Shown here: piece by piece, positions 31,319 to 36,778 of the stretch | Numbering within the stretch: the first letter of the stretch is position 1 | Layout of the letters: every line of letters begins with the position of its first letter | Made by a program: the position numbers and the translations under genes | Virus record (IMG/VR): IMGVR_UViG_3300032225_000443 | Coordinates: 1-36,778 of that record | Source of the DNA: a virus | Taxonomy: Duplodnaviria; Caudoviricetes | DNA length: 36,778 nucleotides | Strand: one strand, 5' to 3' | The notes under the pieces: generated by a model | What the model saw: the letters and a program-made list of their open reading frames with translations, nothing else | What the model was told of the DNA's origin: nothing | The model's database searches: none

Positions 31319-32809
31319 ATGGCACTTCGATCTCTTGACCCGTCAATTGTCAACGCTTACCAAGCGCCTAAGTTCAATATGCCAGATCCTTTGCAGGATG
31401 TGGCAGCGCTTGAGCAAATCAAATCTGGGCGTGTTAACCGTCAAATCCATGAGCAGCAACTAGCGCAACTTCAGCAGGATCGTCTTGCGTTGGACGAGAT
31501 GCAAAAACGCATTGAAGCAGCGGGTGGGCCGTCTAACTTAAAGTCGGCGTTTACCGAGATGATCAACTCAAAATTGGCAGAATACGCAAAAATTGGGTAC
31601 GCTGGTCTGCAAAAAATCAAAGAGCAAGAAGATTTTCAATCTTTAATCAATCCAAAAGCACCTGAAGCACCACTAGAGCCAGCAGTATCAACCGCTCCAA
31701 TTCCTGGCCAAGCCATATCAATGCGTCCGGTTAACGCTCCATACAATGCGTTGGCTACGCCGCAAACTGACAACGCAAACCAGTTGGCCGCAATGACTGC
31801 ACAACAAGCGCAACCAAGTTTGCCAACCAATATGCTGGCGTCTGATCTTGATCAAATGGATCGTCAGATTAGGGCTGCGTATGCTTTGGGCACACCTTCT
31901 TCTTTAGCATTTGCCAAAGCACTAGAAGCCCGCAGAGATGAAGCAATCAAACCAATGGTTGTTTCTCCTGGAGCCACTGTGTTTAAGAATGGTCAAGCTG
32001 TTTACACCGCTCCAGAAAAATCAGCTGAACAACCAACTTTGGTTAAAGAATTTCTTTTTGCAAAAAGTCCTGAAGGTGGTAATTTTAAAGGAACCATCCA
32101 AGACTTTAGGCTTGCTATGGCTGCCGCTGGCAGGACTCCGGCCCAACCATTGCCTCCTGTTTCTACGTTTGACAAAACTCTTGGGCAAAATGTTTACGCA
32201 ACCCGAGAAGAAATACTTAAAAACCCAACAAGATTTTTGCCGCCATCAGAAAAGCCTGAACAAATTAAAGCTGGTGAATTGCGCGATGAGTTTAATGCTC
32301 TAACCAAAGACTTTAGGGCAGTACAAGACGCCCACACTAAGATTACCACCACATCACCAACTGGCGCTGGTGATATGTCTTTGCTTTACAACTACGTCAA
32401 ACTGCTTGACCCAACTTCTGTTGTGCGTGAAAGTGAATTTGCTGCTGCCGCTGCCTCTGGGTCATTTGGTGAGCGTGTACAAACCGCTGTCAATAAAGTG
32501 ATGACCGGCCAGCGGCTTGATGCAAATTTGAGAAAAGATTTTATAAACGAAGCAAGCAATCTTTACAAGGCTCAAAAAGCAGGTGCAGATCGCATTAAAG
32601 ATCAATACACCAACATGGCAAAACGTGCCAAGTTAAATCCAGAAGATGTGATTGTTGATTATGCAGCTCCAGCCGCTCCTGTTGCGGCAGGAACTCCATC
32701 AAACATACCTCAAGCCGCTATAGATTTTTTGAAGCAAGGGCGCGGCACAAGAGAACAATTTGACGCTCAATTTGGCGCGGGTTCGGCTAAAAGGGTTTTG
32801 GGGAATTAA
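31319..32809 (+). CDS. DNA ejection protein (gp20 position)
   Basis: Gln/Ala/Pro-rich helical protein; 'GDMSLLYNYVKLLDPTSVVRESE'; synteny. Confidence 0.65.
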   Translation: MALRSLDPSIVNAYQAPKFNMPDPLQDVAALEQIKSGRVNRQIHEQQLAQLQQDRLALDEMQKRIEAAGGPSNLKSAFTEMINSKLAEYAKIGYAGLQKIKEQEDFQSLINPKAPEAPLEPAVSTAPIPGQAISMRPVNAPYNALATPQTDNANQLAAMTAQQAQPSLPTNMLASDLDQMDRQIRAAYALGTPSSLAFAKALEARRDEAIKPMVVSPGATVFKNGQAVYTAPEKSAEQPTLVKEFLFAKSPEGGNFKGTIQDFRLAMAAAGRTPAQPLPPVSTFDKTLGQNVYATREEILKNPTRFLPPSEKPEQIKAGELRDEFNALTKDFRAVQDAHTKITTTSPTGAGDMSLLYNYVKLLDPTSVVRESEFAAAAASGSFGERVQTAVNKVMTGQRLDANLRKDFINEASNLYKAQKAGADRIKDQYTNMAKRAKLNPEDVIVDYAAPAAPVAAGTPSNIPQAAIDFLKQGRGTREQFDAQFGAGSAKRVLGN

Positions 32810-34540
32810 ATGGCTGAAAATCCGTTTGCCCAATTTGTTAAGCAAACTAATCCTTTTGCCCAGTTTGTCACGCCTAAAGCAACGCCAGCGGATATCCCTG
32901 GCGCTGTAGAACAGCCAGCGCTTGCGAAAGAACCATCTTTTTTTGAAAGAGTAGGCGCAGCGCCGGAAACGGCAGCAAGAATGATCTACGGTGGTCTGAC
33001 CGGGATAGCCGCAGCGCCCATTGGTTTGGGCGCTGAAATATTGATTGGTACTCCCAAGGAGCAGGTTGCCCGGCAAATTACGGAGTTGGGTAACAAAGTA
33101 CCCATCAGCCCTCCTGCACAAGCCAATCTTCAATCACTTGGCACTTTGACGTCTGGCCTTCCTGCTTTTTCTCCTGTTATTGGCCAAGCTGGTCAAGTTG
33201 CACAAGGCGTCAATGCGCTGACCGCTCGCGCTGCTCCAGCAGCGCAACGTGCAATCCAGACCGTACAGAACGCTTTGGTACGCACGCCAGAACAGCAGAT
33301 GGCTGGAGGTGGCGCAGCGTTGACGCAAGAAGCGTTGCTCCGAGCGGAACGCGCTCAACGCCAAGGCATCCCGCTGACCAAAGGCGAGCAACTGCAAAGT
33401 CTGGCTCAACAGCAACTTGAGCAAGATTTGCTTAAATCAAACAAACCTCAGTTGGTAGCACCGCTTACAAACCTCAAGCAACAACAGCAAGAAGCAATCG
33501 GGCGGCAGTTTCAAAAACTGACGGAGGCAACTGGTTCAACCGTAGCTGACGTTGACCCAATTTATCTGCGTGACGTTGGCAAAATTGTTGATGCCCCGTT
33601 AATGGCAGAGTACAAAAAATCCATTGAAAACTATCGCAGCAAATACAACGCGGCAGACAACGCTGGCGAGACTTTGCAAGAGGTACCGTACCAAAGTTTG
33701 GTGGACTACATCAACAAGCAAACGCCAACGACCAGAACGTCGCTAGCACCAATTTTGCAGGATACGCTTGAGCAACTCAAGATTAACGATCCAAATGGTA
33801 CTGGCAGCATTTCCATTCGCGCACTTGAGGATGTGTACCAGAACATTGGTAAAAAAGCGCAGCCAGGCACGCCCAACTCAACTTACGGCAAAGACCTCAA
33901 AAATTTGATTGACCAGACAACCGAAGGCGCGGGAGGGGATCTGTACAAAGAGGCTCGCTCTGCTCGTCGCCAATTTTCTAAAGAGTTTGATGACGTTAGA
34001 GCAGTTGCCAAACTGGTTGGTAGCAAAGGCGAGGATCGGCTTGTCCGGTTGTCTGACGTATTTGATAACGTGGTGCTTGGCAGTTCAAAAGAAGACATTC
34101 AACACATTACTTCGTTGCTCAAACGCGCTGGACCCGAAGGCGAACAAGCAATTAATGAACTAAAAGGCCAGACGGTTCAATGGCTTAAAGGTCAGGCAAC
34201 CGGCGTTAATGGTGTAACCAAATTTGACAGTTTCCGTAAAGCTGTTGACAAACTTGAAAAAGAAGACAAGTTGACTGAGTTGTTTGGCAAAGATGGCCGA
34301 GAGCAAATTCTTGACCTACGCGATACGGTCAAAGACGCCATGGTCAAACAACTTGGCGCCGTCAACTATTCCAACACGGCCAGTGCACTGATGCGTGGTC
34401 TTGAGAATATTGCTTTGCGTGTCCCTGGCGCAAAAACAGTTGCAGAACTGCGCCAAGACTACAGAACCAAAAAGCAAGCCAAAGAAGCCGCAACTTTTAA
34501 CGCCCTAGCCCCACAATCAGAAAATAATCTGGCCCCCTGA
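32810..34540 (+). CDS. DNA ejection protein (gp16 position)
   Basis: Helical, Ala/Gln-rich; 'GIPLTKGE', 'NYSNTA'; synteny. Confidence 0.65.
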   Translation: MAENPFAQFVKQTNPFAQFVTPKATPADIPGAVEQPALAKEPSFFERVGAAPETAARMIYGGLTGIAAAPIGLGAEILIGTPKEQVARQITELGNKVPISPPAQANLQSLGTLTSGLPAFSPVIGQAGQVAQGVNALTARAAPAAQRAIQTVQNALVRTPEQQMAGGGAALTQEALLRAERAQRQGIPLTKGEQLQSLAQQQLEQDLLKSNKPQLVAPLTNLKQQQQEAIGRQFQKLTEATGSTVADVDPIYLRDVGKIVDAPLMAEYKKSIENYRSKYNAADNAGETLQEVPYQSLVDYINKQTPTTRTSLAPILQDTLEQLKINDPNGTGSISIRALEDVYQNIGKKAQPGTPNSTYGKDLKNLIDQTTEGAGGDLYKEARSARRQFSKEFDDVRAVAKLVGSKGEDRLVRLSDVFDNVVLGSSKEDIQHITSLLKRAGPEGEQAINELKGQTVQWLKGQATGVNGVTKFDSFRKAVDKLEKEDKLTELFGKDGREQILDLRDTVKDAMVKQLGAVNYSNTASALMRGLENIALRVPGAKTVAELRQDYRTKKQAKEAATFNALAPQSENNLAP

Positions 34541-34728
34541 TGGTTACTCTATCCGAAGTCGATCACAAAATTGACGCCCACGTAGACATCTGCGCGGTTC
34601 GATACGAAGGCATCGAGAAAGAAATGCGCGGCGTTCACGCTCGGATCAAACGACTAGAGCAGATTCTAGTCACTGGCTGCGGGTCAATCATCTTGCTACT
34701 GTTGACCATACTGACAAGGGGTCACTAA
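34540..34728 (+). CDS. Small C-terminal TM protein (XhlA/holin-like)
   Basis: 'AH..ICAVRY..I....RLE' coiled coil plus C-terminal hydrophobic helix. Confidence 0.65.
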   Translation: MVTLSEVDHKIDAHVDICAVRYEGIEKEMRGVHARIKRLEQILVTGCGSIILLLLTILTRGH

Positions 34729-34784
34729 ACTTTCATCGTTTGTTCATAATATACGGTCTCCCACCACACTTTTTGGACGCTGAC

Positions 34785-34994
34785 ATGAAAGACGCAATTA
34801 TTGATGTTATTGACGGTTCGGAGCCAGTTGATGCGATTCAGGCTCTGTTTGCCGTTGTGTACGCTGTTGCCGCAGAAAACGGAATTGAGCGGTTTACTTT
34901 GAATGAATTGTTTTCGTCAACGGTTGACGCGCACTTCCAGGTTGCTGACGCCGCCGAAGAACTTGTTGTAATTGACGAACAGACTGACGAGTAA
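34785..34994 (+). CDS. Small, strongly acidic protein (69 aa)
   Basis: GGA RBS before MKDAII; 16 D/E versus 2 K/R. Confidence 0.65.
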   Translation: MKDAIIDVIDGSEPVDAIQALFAVVYAVAAENGIERFTLNELFSSTVDAHFQVADAAEELVVIDEQTDE

Positions 34995-35048
34995 TCTTCC
35001 AGCAACACAACCGTGGTATCTGGTGGGTTCGTTCCAAAAGGATGAATA

Positions 35049-36008
35049 ATGTCACCAGTACCACGGTTGTCAGACAGAGAATTTGTGGAGTTGTGGGAAC
35101 AACACCGATCGCCAGCAGTAATAGCGCAACTTACTGGATTGTCTCAACGACATATCCACACCAAACGAAGAGCCATTGAAGGCCGGCTCAAAATACAACT
35201 TGCCGCCACTGGAGCGCAAGCGCACATTCAAAAATCTAGGCACAAAGCCGGCCTAACCGACGGGATTGCGCTGGTTTTTTCTGACGCGCACTTTTGGCCT
35301 GGCATTAGAACCACCGCGTTTAAGGGCTTGCTTTGGGCCATCAACGAACTCAAGCCCCACGTTGTTATCAACAACGGCGACGCCTTTGATGGAAGCGCGA
35401 TCAGCAGGCACCCTAGAATCGGTTGGCAAAACGTCCCAAACGTTAAGCAGGAACTTGACGCCTGCCAGTTAGCGCTTAAAGAAATTGAAGACGCCTGCCA
35501 CAAGGCGCGGCATCACACGCAGTTGATCTGGCCGTTGGGAAACCACGACTCGCGGTTTGAGTCTCGACTTTCGCAAGCAGCGCCGCAGTTTGAAGGCGTT
35601 GATGGCACTGCACTCAAGGATCACTTTCCCAAATGGAAAACCTGTTGGACTTGTTGGCTGTCGGATGACGTAGTGGTCAAGCACCGGTACAAGTCAGGCA
35701 TCCACGCTACGCATCAGAACACCGTTTCGGCGGGAACCTCAATTATCACTGGGCATCTGCATAGCCTAAAGGTCACGCCTTTTGGGGACTACAATGGCAC
35801 CCGTTGGGGCGTAGACACAGGTACACTTGCGGAAATAGATGGCCCGCAGTTCATGGATTATCTGGAAGACGGCCCGGTTAATTGGCGCTCTGGATTCGCG
35901 GTACTGACCATGCGGGATGGCAAGTTACTTTGGCCTGAATTGGTTAGCAAGCATTCGGAAGGCGTGATTGACTTCCGAGGCGCACTCATAGACGTGAGCA
36001 AATTCTAA
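35049..36008 (+). CDS. Calcineurin-like metallophosphoesterase with N-terminal HTH
   Basis: SDAH, NGDAFD, GNHD, VKH and GHLH motifs; 'PAVIAQLTGLSQRHIHTKRR' HTH. Confidence 0.88.
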   Translation: MSPVPRLSDREFVELWEQHRSPAVIAQLTGLSQRHIHTKRRAIEGRLKIQLAATGAQAHIQKSRHKAGLTDGIALVFSDAHFWPGIRTTAFKGLLWAINELKPHVVINNGDAFDGSAISRHPRIGWQNVPNVKQELDACQLALKEIEDACHKARHHTQLIWPLGNHDSRFESRLSQAAPQFEGVDGTALKDHFPKWKTCWTCWLSDDVVVKHRYKSGIHATHQNTVSAGTSIITGHLHSLKVTPFGDYNGTRWGVDTGTLAEIDGPQFMDYLEDGPVNWRSGFAVLTMRDGKLLWPELVSKHSEGVIDFRGALIDVSKF

Positions 36009-36166
36009 TGGAAGTAATTGATCTTTTCTTCAAAGCGTGGCCGGTTCTGCTGGCGATTATCACACTCATCGTTGTGTTGTCTAAACTCGACCTGCGCGTA
36101 GCTGTGTTGGAAGAAAAGATGAAATCGGCGTGGGAACAAATCAACAAGATGAAAGATCATGGCTGA
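36008..36166 (+). CDS. Small N-terminal TM + coiled-coil protein, 52 aa (MEVIDLFFKAWPVLLAIITLIVVLSKLDLRVAVLEEK...), missing from the ORF track
   Basis: TAATG coupling upstream; overlaps the endolysin start. Confidence 0.75.
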   Translation: MEVIDLFFKAWPVLLAIITLIVVLSKLDLRVAVLEEKMKSAWEQINKMKDHG

Positions 36167-36668
36167 CTTCAATCCCGCCTTTGAAAAAATGATCCACGAC
36201 GAAGGTGGCTACCAACTAACCGATATTCCCGGTGACCGGGGAGGACAAACGTATGCAGGCATCGCAAGAAAACCCAATCCAGACTGGGCAGGGTGGCAAT
36301 ACATCGACCGTAAAGACTTTGGGTCAGCTACGCCTTTGGTCCGTGAATTCTATAAATCTAATTTTTGGGATCGTGTCCGAGGTGACGATGTTAAGGATCA
36401 AGCTATCGCGGAAACCATTTTCAACTTCGCAGTCAACACCGGCACAGGCGTCGCAATCAAACTCGCCCAACTCATCGTCGGCGTCACCCCAGACGGCGCA
36501 ATCGGACCAAAAACCATTGAACGGTTGAACATTTGTACGGCAGAAAAGTTTCTGCCAGCCTATGCGCTAGCGAAAATCAGCAGGTACGCTCAGATCTGCA
36601 ACAAGGACCGGGGGCAATCCAAATTCCTTCTTGGCTGGATTAACCGTACCTTGCAAGGACTCAAGTAA
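36159..36668 (+). CDS. Endolysin, glycosyl hydrolase 108 with peptidoglycan-binding C-terminus
   Basis: 'EGGY...DRGGQTYAGI', 'FNFAVNTG', 'DGAIGPKT', 'FLLGWINR'. Confidence 0.93.
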   Translation: MADFNPAFEKMIHDEGGYQLTDIPGDRGGQTYAGIARKPNPDWAGWQYIDRKDFGSATPLVREFYKSNFWDRVRGDDVKDQAIAETIFNFAVNTGTGVAIKLAQLIVGVTPDGAIGPKTIERLNICTAEKFLPAYALAKISRYAQICNKDRGQSKFLLGWINRTLQGLK

Positions 36669-36778
36669 TGGACTTAATCGGAATAGGATCAATAATTGAA
36701 GGCGTGGGTAAGGTTGCCGGTGACCTCATTACCACCGATAAAGAACGGCTCCAGATGGCGCTCGAGGAACGGAAACTC
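36656..36778. repeat. Terminal direct repeat, copy 2
   Basis: Identical to 1-123. Confidence 0.97.

Noticed and set aside
34729-34784. Dedicated promoter for the acidic protein (CATAAT/TAATAT)
   Set aside because: A -10-like hexamer is present but there is no matching -35 or proper extended -10; too weak to call
36656-36778. 123-bp repeat as a biological direct terminal repeat
   Set aside because: It falls within coupled endolysin/holin genes, far from the terminase region, and is the size expected of an assembler overlap; treated only as evidence of circular completeness
1-36778. Alternative genetic code, tRNA genes, introns or inteins
   Set aside because: Genes tile densely under code 11 using all three stop codons; no cloverleaf-like segment seen; TerL, helicase and primase have normal lengths without insertions

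Overview
The window is an apparently complete, circularly assembled tailed-phage genome of about 36,655 unique bp. Bases 1-123 recur exactly at 36656-36778, inside the endolysin/holin junction. The structural genes are P22-like (podovirus type): TerL, portal, scaffold, gp5-type coat, gp4/gp10-type tail adaptors and three ejection proteins. A leftward operon (6304->379) encodes a Sak4/SSB/Cas4-like/SF2-helicase/VRR-NUC recombination module. A long rightward unit carries cro, a primase-polymerase/helicase, a PAPS-reductase/DndC-like Fe-S PP-loop protein, an iteron-rich putative origin, a ParB-methyltransferase fusion, the terminases, head genes interrupted by about 8.5 kb of fibre/adhesin genes, tail and ejection genes, and a lysis cassette containing a metallophosphoesterase. 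I recognised no integrase, CI repressor, replicative DNA polymerase, tRNA or CRISPR array. The most unusual signals are non-coding or dual-coding. (1) A 12-copy CGTAAC array whose motif reappears inverted inside terS, forming an 18-bp 17/18 inverted repeat about 1.77 kb apart, beside an IHF/GGGCCGG-rich putative packaging site. (2) Two sigma70 promoters fully interlocked within 34 bp. (3) Two hairpins in the leftward mRNA with the same AUUGC loop. (4) A recurring N-x-L-A motif in all three ejection proteins. All family assignments come from motif recognition and synteny, not database searches.
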